Of a stretch of DNA of 12,150 nt, positions 1 to 7,368 are shown piece by piece. Numbering within the stretch: the stretch's first letter is position 1; the number at the start of each line of letters is the position of its first letter. The notes beneath the pieces were generated by a model. The model did no database searches. It was not told the origin of the DNA and saw nothing but the letters and a program-made list of their open reading frames with translations. This DNA comes from a virus (lineage: Duplodnaviria; Heunggongvirae; Uroviricota; Caudoviricetes), in the IMG/VR virus record IMGVR_UViG_2681813004_000020, positions 1 through 12,150 of that record, one strand, 5' to 3'. Made by a program: the position numbers and the translations under genes.

Positions 1-1284
1 TTACTTCTTCGCCTCTGCAACCACTTTACTACCCACGCCGCGGTTATTGTATTCCCACATGCGGTTGTAGTTAGTGTCATTCAGATTGCGCTGTATTTCG
101 TCGTTATCATCTACGCTGCCGGTATTACCCGCAAACGGACGATTAGAGATCACCGCATCGGCCCACGGTTTAGCCGTGTTAAAACCTTCGTTGATGGCGC
201 TATCACGGATCACCACCTGACCGTTGGTATTGGCATCAACATCCAGCGAGCGGCCCAGTTGCGCCACACCATCACCGAAAGCATTGAAACGGCTGTTTAC
301 GGCGAGGAAACCGTAGTAAATGTTGGACAGCGTAGCCGGTGCAAACACATACGCTTCTTGCTGAGTACGTGAGTTCACCACGCGGAATTCGGTGTTATCG
401 AACACCACTGCGCCGCGACCAGAAACGATATCCACATCCCCTTCAATGTAGCTGTTGGTCACCAGCGTACGCGGCTGACGGTTGGTTTCCAGACGGTTCT
501 GCACACCGCTGTTGGTGACAAAGAAGGTGTTCTGACGACCGAGAATGTTAACGTTGTTAATCTGTACCTGGTCACCATCAGTACGCAGTGCCACCGCCGG
601 ATGGTTACCTGCATCTACGCTATCGCCCAGCGTGTTTTCGATGGTCAGATTTTGCAGTTGCAGGCCATTGTTTTGTGACCAGAAGACCGCAGAGCAGAGA
701 ACACCGATACTGTCGCTGCGTTTGCTCTGGCAGCTATCGTACATATACCACGCTGGTTTACCTGGCATATATTTGCCGCGCGGGTTGACGTCGTGACGCC
801 AGTCGGCAGGGCTCATGCCACCATCAAGGGAAAGCCCAATCTTCACATCAATCGGTTTTTCACCTGTACCGTACAGAGTAATTCCACCCGGAGCGGCAGG
901 GACATATACCGTTCCCTGATACTCACCAGGCATCACGGCAATATACTGGCGCTTGTTGGTACGCTTGATAATTGCCGCATCTACCGCCGCCTGAATCGTG
1001 GTATGCGTTACACCTTGAGTGCCCGCCGGGCCGACAATAAAGTCAGGTTGCGCAGGCAGGGTAATCGGGGAAGGATTCCACGCTGCAGCACCTGGTGTCA
1101 GGGATGCAAAATAGTGTTGAGCATCGAAATTCTGCGCTTCTTTTGCCGACAGAATCGGGCGAGAAGAGGTACCAGGCGCGGTTTGATCAGAAGGACGTTG
1201 ATCGGGCGGGGTTGAGCTACAGGCGGTCAGCGTCACGCCAAAAGCCAATGCCAGCGCCAGACGGGAAACTGAAAATGTGTTCAC
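1..1284 (-). CDS. ybhC: YbhC, pectinesterase-fold outer-membrane lipoprotein (acyl-CoA thioesterase), the host gene flanking lambda attB
   Basis: 427-codon ORF filling the window start; N-terminus MNTFSVSRLALALAFGVTLTAC has a signal peptide and lipobox Cys; GTG start at 1284..1282, TAA stop at 3..1; sits directly beside the lambda att core, as in E. coli. Confidence 0.85.
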   Translation of the reverse strand: MNTFSVSRLALALAFGVTLTACSSTPPDQRPSDQTAPGTSSRPILSAKEAQNFDAQHYFASLTPGAAAWNPSPITLPAQPDFIVGPAGTQGVTHTTIQAAVDAAIIKRTNKRQYIAVMPGEYQGTVYVPAAPGGITLYGTGEKPIDVKIGLSLDGGMSPADWRHDVNPRGKYMPGKPAWYMYDSCQSKRSDSIGVLCSAVFWSQNNGLQLQNLTIENTLGDSVDAGNHPAVALRTDGDQVQINNVNILGRQNTFFVTNSGVQNRLETNRQPRTLVTNSYIEGDVDIVSGRGAVVFDNTEFRVVNSRTQQEAYVFAPATLSNIYYGFLAVNSRFNAFGDGVAQLGRSLDVDANTNGQVVIRDSAINEGFNTAKPWADAVISNRPFAGNTGSVDDNDEIQRNLNDTNYNRMWEYNNRGVGSKVVAEAKK

Positions 1285-1330
1285 AGGTTGCTCCGGGCTA
1301 TGAAATAGAAAAATGAATCCGTTGAAGCCT

Positions 1331-1420
1331 GCTTTTTTATACTAAGTTGGCATTATAAAAAAGTATTGCTTATCAATTTGTTGCAACGAACAGGTCACTA
1401 TCAGTCAAAATAAAATCATT
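1331..1420. other. attL (B-O-P'): lambda att core plus P' arm with IHF and Int arm-type sites
   Basis: Exact 15-bp core GCTTTTTTATACTAA at 1331-1345; IHF-consensus TATCAATTTGTTG at 1371-1383; arm-type Int sites AGGTCACTAT and CAGTCAAAAT at 1392-1411; int stop follows at 1419. Confidence 0.9.
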
Positions 1421-2492
1421 ATTTGATTTCAATTTTGTCCCACTCCCTGCCTCTGTCATCACGATACTGTGATGCCATGGTGTCCGACTTATGCCCGAGA
1501 AGATGTTGAGCAAACTTATCGCTTATCTGCTTCTCATAGAGTCTTGCAGACAAACTGCGCAACTCGTGAAAGGTCGGCGGATCCCCTTCGAAGGAAAGAC
1601 CTGATGCTTTTCGTGCGCGCATAAAATACCTTGATACTGTGCCGGATGAAAGCGGTTCACGATGAGTAGATGCAATTATGGTTTCTCCGCCAAGAATCTC
1701 TTTGCATTTATCAAGTGTTTCCTTCATTGATATCCCGAGAGCATCAACATGCAATGTTGTAGGGATGGCAATTTTTACGCCTGTTTTGCTTTGCTCGACA
1801 TAAAGATATCCATCTACGATATCAGACCACTTCATTTCGCATAAATCACCAACTCGCTGCCCGGTAACAACAGCCAGCTCCATTGCAAGTCTTAGCCAAC
1901 ATGGTGATGATTCTGCTGCTTGATAAATTTTCAGGTATTCGTCAGCCGTAAGTCTTGATCTCCTTACCTCTGATTTTGCTGCGCGAGTGGCAGCGACCGG
2001 GTTTGTTGTTATATGGCCTTCTTCAGCTATTGCCTCTCGGAATGCATCGCTCAGTGTTGATCTGATTAACTTGGCTGACGCCGCCTTGCCCTCGTCTATG
2101 TATCCACTGAGCATTGCCGCAATTTCTTTTGTGGTGATGTCTTCAAGTGGAGCATCAGGCAGCCCCCTCCTTATTGCTTTAATTTTGCTCATGTAATTTA
2201 TGAGAGTCTTCTGCTTGATTCCTCTGCTGGCGAGGATTTTTTCGTAGCGATCAAGCCATGAATGTAACGTAACAGAATTATCACTGTTGATTCTCGCTGT
2301 CAGAGGCTTGTGTTTGTGTCCTGAAAATAACTCAATGTTGGCCTGTATTGCTTCAGTGATTGCTATCCTCCTGTCTCGGCCTAATCCAAACTCTTTACCC
2401 GTCCTTGGGTCCCTGTAGCAGTAATATCCATTGTTTCTTATATAAAGATTAGGGGGTAAATCCCGGCGCTCATGACTTCGCCTTCTTCCCAT
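1419..2492 (-). CDS. int: Tyrosine integrase, lambda Int type
   Basis: 357-aa ORF starting MGRRRSHERRDLPPNLYIRNNGYYCYRDPRTGKEF, recalled as near-identical to lambda Int; catalytic elements HELR, LLGH and the Tyr in SQYRDD are present; ATG start; adjacent to attL. Confidence 0.95.
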   Translation of the reverse strand: MGRRRSHERRDLPPNLYIRNNGYYCYRDPRTGKEFGLGRDRRIAITEAIQANIELFSGHKHKPLTARINSDNSVTLHSWLDRYEKILASRGIKQKTLINYMSKIKAIRRGLPDAPLEDITTKEIAAMLSGYIDEGKAASAKLIRSTLSDAFREAIAEEGHITTNPVAATRAAKSEVRRSRLTADEYLKIYQAAESSPCWLRLAMELAVVTGQRVGDLCEMKWSDIVDGYLYVEQSKTGVKIAIPTTLHVDALGISMKETLDKCKEILGGETIIASTHREPLSSGTVSRYFMRARKASGLSFEGDPPTFHELRSLSARLYEKQISDKFAQHLLGHKSDTMASQYRDDRGREWDKIEIK

Positions 2493-2688
2493 TTCTGATC
2501 CTCTTCAAAAGGCTACCTGTTACTGGTCGATTTAAGTCAACCTTTACCGCTGATTCGTGGAACAGATACTCTCTTCCATCCTTAACCGGAGGAGGGAATA
2601 TCCTGCATTCGCGCACCCATCGACGAACTGTTTCAAGGCTTCTTGGGCGTCGCTGGCGTGCATTCCACTCCTGAAGTGTCAAGTACAT
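2470..2688 (-). CDS. xis: Excisionase, lambda Xis type
   Basis: 72-aa ORF MYLTLQEWNARQRRPRSLETVRRWVRECRIFPPPV, recalled as matching lambda Xis; overlaps the int start by 23 nt as in lambda. Confidence 0.93.
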   Translation of the reverse strand: MYLTLQEWNARQRRPRSLETVRRWVRECRIFPPPVKDGREYLFHESAVKVDLNRPVTGSLLKRIRNGKKAKS

Positions 2689-2714
2689 CGCAAAGTCTCC
2701 GCAATTACACGCAA
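2665..2714 (-). promoter_or_regulatory. cII-activated pI-type promoter (TTGC-N6-TTGC box) at the xis 5' end
   Basis: Minus-strand TTGCGTGTAATTGC (plus 2701-2714) lies 13 nt upstream of the xis ATG, matching the lambda cII recognition repeat; the implied transcription start falls inside xis, as known for pI. Exact -10 not determined. Confidence 0.55.
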
Positions 2715-2719
2715 GAAAA

Positions 2720-2735
2720 GCCGCATTGATGCGGC
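2720..2735 (-). other. Perfect 7-bp-stem hairpin (GCCGCAT/ATGCGGC) followed by TTTTCTT on the minus strand, just upstream of the cII box; possible weak terminator or RNA processing site
   Basis: Inverted repeat read directly from the sequence; the loop is only 2 nt if fully paired, so terminator function is uncertain. Confidence 0.3.
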
Positions 2736-2794
2736 GATGGTAGGTCTGGATATCATTGAGCCATGAACAGGCCTCATCGAGTGTGAGGCTGTGG

Positions 2795-3139
2795 TTAGTC
2801 CTTTCGTAACTCGCTGATTCTCCTGTAAGTCTCTGGTGCTTTGTTTCCGTGTATCTTCATTTCAGACTTCAACAGAGCAACGAGGGAATCCCATTCGTTG
2901 AGGATGCCTTTGAATGCCGGAACGCGCTTTGCAACCTTGTCGAATGAATCTCTGATTTCTGGAATCTTCTCAACAAGTGCAACGCATCGTCGGAAGTCTG
3001 CTGCGTCATGGGGAGCGCCGAAGTGATGACCATAGATATTCTTTTTCAGGCCACATGCGATTGAGGCAAGAGTTGCGCTACTGATGCCAACATCGCCAGT
3101 CGATTGCCATTTCAAAACCTTCATAGACAAATCTGACAT
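2795..3139 (-). CDS. Hypothetical protein, 114 aa, int/xis-proximal accessory gene
   Basis: ATG at 3139..3137 preceded by GGAGACAAGAA (Shine-Dalgarno GGAG); TAA stop at 2795; no family recognised. Confidence 0.6.
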   Translation of the reverse strand: MSDLSMKVLKWQSTGDVGISSATLASIACGLKKNIYGHHFGAPHDAADFRRCVALVEKIPEIRDSFDKVAKRVPAFKGILNEWDSLVALLKSEMKIHGNKAPETYRRISELRKD

Positions 3140-3167
3140 TTCTTGTCTCCAATAAAAAAAACCTCCA

Positions 3168-3335
3168 TCAGGCGGCTTGGTGTTCTTTCAGTTCTTCAAT
3201 TCGAATATTGGTTACGTCTGCATGTGCTATCTGCGCCCATATCATCCAGTGGTCATAGCAGTCATTGATGTTCTCTGCTTCGATAACTCTGTTGAATGGT
3301 TCTCCATTCCATTCACCTGTGACTCGGAAGTGCAT
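3168..3335 (-). CDS. Hypothetical small protein, 55 aa (MHFRVTGEWNGEPFNRVIEAENINDCYDHWMIWAQIAHADVTNIRIEELKEHQAA)
   Basis: Found by manual translation (absent from the ORF track); ATG at 3335..3333 preceded by GGAGATGATAA; TGA stop at 3170..3168. Confidence 0.5.
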   Translation of the reverse strand: MHFRVTGEWNGEPFNRVIEAENINDCYDHWMIWAQIAHADVTNIRIEELKEHQAA

Positions 3336-3373
3336 TTATCATCTCCATAAAACAAAATCCGCCGTAGCGAGTT

Positions 3374-3404
3374 CAGATAAAAGAAATCCCCGCGAGTGCG
3401 AGGA
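3374..3404 (-). terminator. Intrinsic terminator candidate directly after the ASCH-protein stop
   Basis: Minus strand TCCTCGC-ACTC-GCGGGGA (7-bp stem with one G-U pair, 4-nt loop; plus 3387-3404) followed by TTTCTTTTATCTG (plus 3374-3386). Confidence 0.5.
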
Positions 3405-3407
3405 TTG

Positions 3408-3692
3408 TTATTCATTGCCGATATTCACCTTTATCGCGAACACCTTTACCGGTTTATCACCGAAGTGCGGATGTGTGATTGTCTTGATTTCATATCCGTC
3501 ATACGGAACATCAATTCTGCGGCTGGAATCGTCGCGCTTCGGATATCCCTTTGTGATAATCAGGCGGTCATACTCCCGGAACATAATTCGCTTATTCCAA
3601 TAGTCATTACACAGGCGATACTCTTCCGTTTTCTCTCCTCGAATCATGGCATCGAAGTATTCACCTTTGACGGCAAGTTGTAGGTTAGCCAC
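3408..3692 (-). CDS. ASCH-domain protein, 94 aa
   Basis: N-terminal LQLAVKGEYFDAMIRGEKTEEYR contains the ASCH signature GxKxxExR (G19-K21-E24-R26); GTG start at 3692..3690 preceded by AGGAGG with 7-nt spacing; overlaps the upstream stop by 8 nt. Confidence 0.7.
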   Translation of the reverse strand: MANLQLAVKGEYFDAMIRGEKTEEYRLCNDYWNKRIMFREYDRLIITKGYPKRDDSSRRIDVPYDGYEIKTITHPHFGDKPVKVFAIKVNIGNE

Positions 3693-3987
3693 GGTTAACC
3701 TCCTGCGGAGTAGCCTTTACAAGCACTGGTGCAAATCCATCTTCATTAAGGTTATGAATATAGACTTCTGTTCTCCTGCGCTCTTCAACGTTTAATATTG
3801 TTTCTGGATCATAAACCCATACTTTCATTCGACTATTCCATGAAGAAATCGCTTCAGATCTAGTTCGTTTTTCTGGTCCTTGGGCACCACATTTGCATGA
3901 CACATAGCGCATTTTCCCTCTGATACTGAATGAGTATCCGATGTTAAGCACAGTGGAACCACAGAATGGGCAGCGATATAGATTCAT
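3685..3987 (-). CDS. Lar-family-like zinc-ribbon protein (restriction alleviation family) with a ~45-aa C-terminal extension, 100 aa
   Basis: N-terminal LYRCPFCGSTVL...VSCKCGAQGPEKRTRSEAISSWNSR matches the recalled Lar-family pattern CPFCG...C-x-CGA-x-GP...EAI-x-x-WN-x-R; ATG preceded by AAGGTGGA; ATGA stop/start overlap with the upstream gene. Confidence 0.55.
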   Translation of the reverse strand: MNLYRCPFCGSTVLNIGYSFSIRGKMRYVSCKCGAQGPEKRTRSEAISSWNSRMKVWVYDPETILNVEERRRTEVYIHNLNEDGFAPVLVKATPQEVNRG

Positions 3988-4601
3988 AAATCATCCACCT
4001 TAGGCGCAGCTGAGACAGCAACATTCCAGAACTCAGAAAACATATTGTATGCACCAGATAGATTGGAAGTAGCATACCCTCCAAGCTCACTTCTAATCTG
4101 AACGGCTCTCATCATTTCCGGGGTTAACTCCTTCGGCACCATAACCCAACCATCCGGAGTTACCGGAGAGTTGCCACCGGGAATATTTTCCGGAATATTT
4201 TGTTGTGCGTTTTGTGGTTGTTCTGATTTACCCTGAAGCATGGCGGCGCGGCAGGCGTTCCAGCCAGCTGTTCGCCCAAGCGCGTAAACTTCAGATGGAT
4301 CAAGATAATCAATGTCATGCCCGTCCTCATCGTCGTTCTCAGGTAATGCAGCAGGTACTACCGGTACTGGCGGAGCGGCGTAGACCTCAATAATTCCATT
4401 ATCAATAGGCCATTCTCCATCCTTGAGGTAGTCACTTGTGCCGTCAACTTGCTGTTCTGCAATGTGGAATGCACCTATTGGTTTTGCTTCCAGCGATGCC
4501 AGAGCAATCCGTGCCAGTTCCATTTGTTCGCCACTAGTAAGTCCGTTATCAAGCGGGGATTTAATGAACAATTCGATACGTTCTTTAGTGATAGTGCTCA
4601 T
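3984..4601 (-). CDS. Hypothetical protein, 205 aa
   Basis: Start set to the internal ATG at 4601..4599 (MSTITKERIELF...), which has an AGGAG SD 7 nt upstream and lies 1 nt after the upstream TGA stop; the 33-codon extension in the ORF track overlaps the neighbouring gene and has no SD. Confidence 0.6.
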   Translation of the reverse strand: MSTITKERIELFIKSPLDNGLTSGEQMELARIALASLEAKPIGAFHIAEQQVDGTSDYLKDGEWPIDNGIIEVYAAPPVPVVPAALPENDDEDGHDIDYLDPSEVYALGRTAGWNACRAAMLQGKSEQPQNAQQNIPENIPGGNSPVTPDGWVMVPKELTPEMMRAVQIRSELGGYATSNLSGAYNMFSEFWNVAVSAAPKVDDL

Positions 4602-4602
4602 A

Positions 4603-5160
4603 TCACTCTCCTTTGATGCGAATGCCAGCTGCGCTTGCTGATTCTTCATATGCGCGTTTAGCAGCGTTAAGGATTGCTGCCAGTGGCGTATAGCCGCCAT
4701 CCATTCGGATTGTGTTGTGGATGCCAGCCATTGTGTCGCGCAATTTGCTGTGGCTAGCAGACAGTTCTGCTATGCACTTCTCTGCGGCATCGGCTCGATC
4801 TTTTTCACGCTGGAACATTTTGTGAGTGCGGTCTATAGCTTCGATTCGTGCCGCTGATGTCTTCTGCACGGCTTCAAGCTCAACACGCAGCTTCCCAACC
4901 GTAAGAGCAATATCCTCGTTCTTCTGGTCGCGGCGTTTGATGTATTGCTGGTTTCTTTCCCGTTCATCCAGTAGTGCCAGCACGGTTTCTGGCCCGGTCA
5001 GAAATTTGAAGGCGTTGAGCGCATCAATATCCACACCGTAATCCTTAAGTTCCTGTTCAGTTAACAAATCATCATCAACTGGCAACATTAACAGGCGTTC
5101 CATTGCCGGAATTGCACGCTCTGCCGCCTCACGCAGTGCCTGATAGTCAATCTTGCTCAT
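4603..5160 (-). CDS. ea22: Ea22-like protein, 185 aa
   Basis: Internal LLDERERNQQYIKRRDQKNEDIALTVGKLRVELE and C-terminal AGIRIKGE resemble lambda Ea22 as recalled; AAAGGAG SD 8 nt upstream; ATGA overlap with the upstream stop. Confidence 0.5.
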   Translation of the reverse strand: MSKIDYQALREAAERAIPAMERLLMLPVDDDLLTEQELKDYGVDIDALNAFKFLTGPETVLALLDERERNQQYIKRRDQKNEDIALTVGKLRVELEAVQKTSAARIEAIDRTHKMFQREKDRADAAEKCIAELSASHSKLRDTMAGIHNTIRMDGGYTPLAAILNAAKRAYEESASAAGIRIKGE

Positions 5161-5714
5161 TGGATGACTCCTTTACGAAGCTGTTCGGCGATATCTTCGA
5201 GAATGCCATCAGAGAATGAACGGTCAAAATCGCCTTCCGGCGCATTGGCCATAAACTCAGTAGAGGTAAGAATCATCCGGGCAATATCAGCGGCGTTCTT
5301 CGCAGTATCATCAATAAAACCAGCTTCCCAGGCAGCCAGCATTCTGTTCGCCACAAAGTAAGCGCCCTCCTTGCGTGCTTCAGTCTTCACTTCAGCCAGA
5401 AAAGCATCGGTGGCTGGGGTTTCAGTAATATCATCTTCCCATTCGCTAAACTCCTCACGACAAAAGTCATTAAATTCCTTCTCAGATTGCTTAAGCGAGG
5501 AATTTTCAGCAGCCATCTTCGCGCATTTAGCCTCAAGGTTATCAATCGTGATTCCAGCAGAACGACACTCCCGCAACGCCGTTTCTAGTTTTGATTCAAG
5601 TTCACCGAACTTACGGACAAGATATTCATCGTTTGTTTCGTCAACCTTTAAATCACTTGGGATGCATTTACCTTTCAGAAAACCATCCATCTCAATTAGT
5701 GTCATTTGTTTCAT
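5157..5714 (-). CDS. Hypothetical acidic protein, 185 aa (start at [12 protein letters not shown])
   Basis: ORF track starts at a GTG (5732..5730); the first ATG (5714..5712) forms an ATGA overlap with the upstream stop and is preferred; a second ATG lies at 5705. Confidence 0.55.
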   Translation of the reverse strand: MKQMTLIEMDGFLKGKCIPSDLKVDETNDEYLVRKFGELESKLETALRECRSAGITIDNLEAKCAKMAAENSSLKQSEKEFNDFCREEFSEWEDDITETPATDAFLAEVKTEARKEGAYFVANRMLAAWEAGFIDDTAKNAADIARMILTSTEFMANAPEGDFDRSFSDGILEDIAEQLRKGVIQ

Positions 5715-5875
5715 TTCTTCCCACTCCGCCACATCGCATTCAGATATTTGTTGTCATTAACAGAACCGAAACTCTTTCTCTTAAGCAATTCCTCTCTCGA
5801 TGGCATTGGCTTTGCGCGTTGGCGAATAATCATTTCTGCCGGAAGAATGCCGGGATTGTATGCAAGTCCTCTCAT
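5711..5875 (-). CDS. Hypothetical small protein, 54 aa ([54 protein letters not shown])
   Basis: ATG at 5875..5873 preceded by GAGGAA; an in-frame upstream ATG at 5893 would give 60 aa; start lies inside copy 1 of the 109-bp tandem duplication. Confidence 0.45.
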   Translation of the reverse strand: MRGLAYNPGILPAEMIIRQRAKPMPSREELLKRKSFGSVNDNKYLNAMWRSGKK

Positions 5876-6049
5876 GGTAAATTCCTCAGTCATTACTGAT
5901 AGCGCCATAGCGTGAGCGGTAATTACGCAGGCGCGGGTCAATTTCTGCCGGAAGAATGCCGGGATTGTATGCAAGTCCTCTCATGGTAAATTCCTCAGTC
6001 ATTACTGATAGCGCCATAGCGTGAGCGGTAATTACGCAGGCGCGGGTCA
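5832..6049. repeat. Perfect tandem duplication, 2 x 109 bp (5832-5940 and 5941-6049), with 5-bp microhomology ATTTC continuing at 6050-6054
   Basis: Base-by-base comparison: the two units are identical; the flanks differ (C at 5831, AGGG at 6055). Confidence 0.95.
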
Positions 6050-6288
6050 ATTTCAGGGAAGTGGGTATATGTGGCTTTGCGGAATGGTCGGATTGATGTC
6101 TGGTAAATTCGCTCGCGTTCTTCTTTCTCTGCAAGCCATATACAATGGCGAAATTCCTTTTCCTCTTTCGTTTCCTGCGGTAGCGACATTATCCGATCGT
6201 AGTTTTTTCTGAATTTATCCAGCACCTCCGATACGGAATTGCCGGAACAGCGGCGCGCGTCATCCGCACCATACAGAGGCGCTGGCAT
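5995..6288 (-). CDS. Hypothetical protein A1, 97 aa (MPAPLYGADDARRCSGNSVSEVL...), paralog of the 8937-9119 gene
   Basis: ATG at 6288 preceded by CAGGAGAAAAC; stop lies inside copy 2 of the 109-bp duplication; first 30 nt identical to the paralog. Confidence 0.6.
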   Translation of the reverse strand: MPAPLYGADDARRCSGNSVSEVLDKFRKNYDRIMSLPQETKEEKEFRHCIWLAEKEERERIYQTSIRPFRKATYTHFPEIDPRLRNYRSRYGAISND

Positions 6289-6304
6289 GGTTTTCTCCTG
6301 TTGA

Positions 6305-6853
6305 TTATTTAGCTAACTTTTTCCAGATCGCTGAAACGTATTTGGCTTGGTGAATGGCATCATCAAGCGCGTTGTGGCGAGTTCCTTTGAATGGCATATC
6401 TCGCTTAGGGTCTAATCCTATTACCTTCCCAAGTTCGACGATTGTTCTTACGTCGCGGTCATTCCACCACTGCCACGGAACTGGCTGCCCTGTCAGCGAA
6501 TAACTGTTTCGGAGAATAACGCAGTCAAATGATGCTCCATTCCCCCAAACCTGAACGAATTTGTGGTTAGCGTTCTTTATGATGAATTCAGATAACCATG
6601 AAAGAGCCGTTGAAAGCTCCTGAGTGTTGCTGGTTAGCGATTTTCTGGCTTCTTCACTCTGTTCCAGCCACCATAAAATCGTTGAAGCGTCAGGACGCGC
6701 CCGATATCGCATTGATGACTCAAGCGAGATATTTACCGAGAACTCTTCTCCTGTTTCTCCGGTATTCGGGTCAAAGAATACCGCCCCAATAGAAATAACT
6801 GGCGCATATGGCCCGTTGCCCATTGTTTCAAGGTCAACCATTAAGTGATTCAT
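6305..6853 (-). CDS. DnaQ-like DEDDh 3'-5' exonuclease, 182 aa
   Basis: Exo I motif VDLETMG near the N-terminus and H-x4-D motif HNALDDA near the C-terminus; AAGGA SD; lies next to ssb as in many prophage recombination modules. Confidence 0.8.
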   Translation of the reverse strand: MNHLMVDLETMGNGPYAPVISIGAVFFDPNTGETGEEFSVNISLESSMRYRARPDASTILWWLEQSEEARKSLTSNTQELSTALSWLSEFIIKNANHKFVQVWGNGASFDCVILRNSYSLTGQPVPWQWWNDRDVRTIVELGKVIGLDPKRDMPFKGTRHNALDDAIHQAKYVSAIWKKLAK

Positions 6854-6861
6854 GTAAGTCC

Positions 6862-7368
6862 TTAAATTGCGTGAATAGCGTGACGAGGGAAGGGGAGAGT
6901 TACTGGTGCAAAGGGTATATCGTCGTCAAAATCCATCGGAGGTTCGTTGTGTTGTGCTGGTGATGATTGCTGCTGTGGCTTCTGTGATTGCCTGCTGGCT
7001 GCTTGTTGTTTGCTGTCGCCAATTCCGCCAAGCATTTGCATCACGCCATTAATTCCGACATGAACCTCGGTTGTGTAACGGTCTTGCCCTGACTGGTCTT
7101 TCCACTTTCTGGTTCTCAGCATTCCCTCGAAATAAATCTGATCACCTTTTTTCACATACTGCCCCACGACCTCAGCCAGTTTCCCGGATACAGCAACACG
7201 ATGCCATTCAGTCAATTCCTTTTGCTCGCCAGTATTTTTATCTCGCCATTGTTCTGACGTGGCTATTGTCAGGTTAGCGAACGCTGTACCTGATGGTGAG
7301 TATCGAACTTCCGGGTCTTGTCCTACCCGACCAAGGATAATCACCTTATTTACGCCTCTGCTTGCCAT
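6862..7368 (-). CDS. ssb: Single-stranded DNA-binding protein (SSB) with an atypical 15-aa extension after the DDDIPF tip
   Basis: N-terminal [23 protein letters not shown]...[11 protein letters not shown] matches the E. coli SSB OB fold as recalled; Gln/Pro-rich linker; [11 protein letters not shown], then the frame continues [15 protein letters not shown] before TAA. Confidence 0.9.
   Translation of the reverse strand: MASRGVNKVIILGRVGQDPEVRYSPSGTAFANLTIATSEQWRDKNTGEQKELTEWHRVAVSGKLAEVVGQYVKKGDQIYFEGMLRTRKWKDQSGQDRYTTEVHVGINGVMQMLGGIGDSKQQAASRQSQKPQQQSSPAQHNEPPMDFDDDIPFAPVTLPFPRHAIHAI

Noticed and set aside
545-1316. Plus-strand ORFs of 66-140 aa (545-796, 588-788, 793-1215, 1095-1316) inside ybhC
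   Set aside because: Fully antisense to a well-supported 427-codon gene; no ribosome-binding sites; typical spurious ORFs.
1285-1418. tRNA gene or insertion sequence at the integration junction
   Set aside because: The junction is the protein-gene-flanked lambda attB (exact core present); no cloverleaf-like sequence, inverted terminal repeats or transposase.
3154-3175. T8 run on the minus strand after the 55-aa ORF stop, as a possible terminator
   Set aside because: The preceding GC segment (CCGCC...GGAGG) pairs only with a central mismatch; the T-run more likely serves as the spacer before the next gene's SD.
4602-4700. 33-codon N-terminal extension of ORF 3984-4700
   Set aside because: Overlaps the 3' end of the Ea22-like gene and lacks an SD; the internal ATG at 4601 has AGGAG and stop-start coupling.
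5886-6134. ORFs 5886-6134 and 5711-5974 in the track
   Set aside because: Artefacts of the 109-bp tandem duplication: they read across repeat junctions and shift frame; the real genes are 5995-6288 and 5711-5875.
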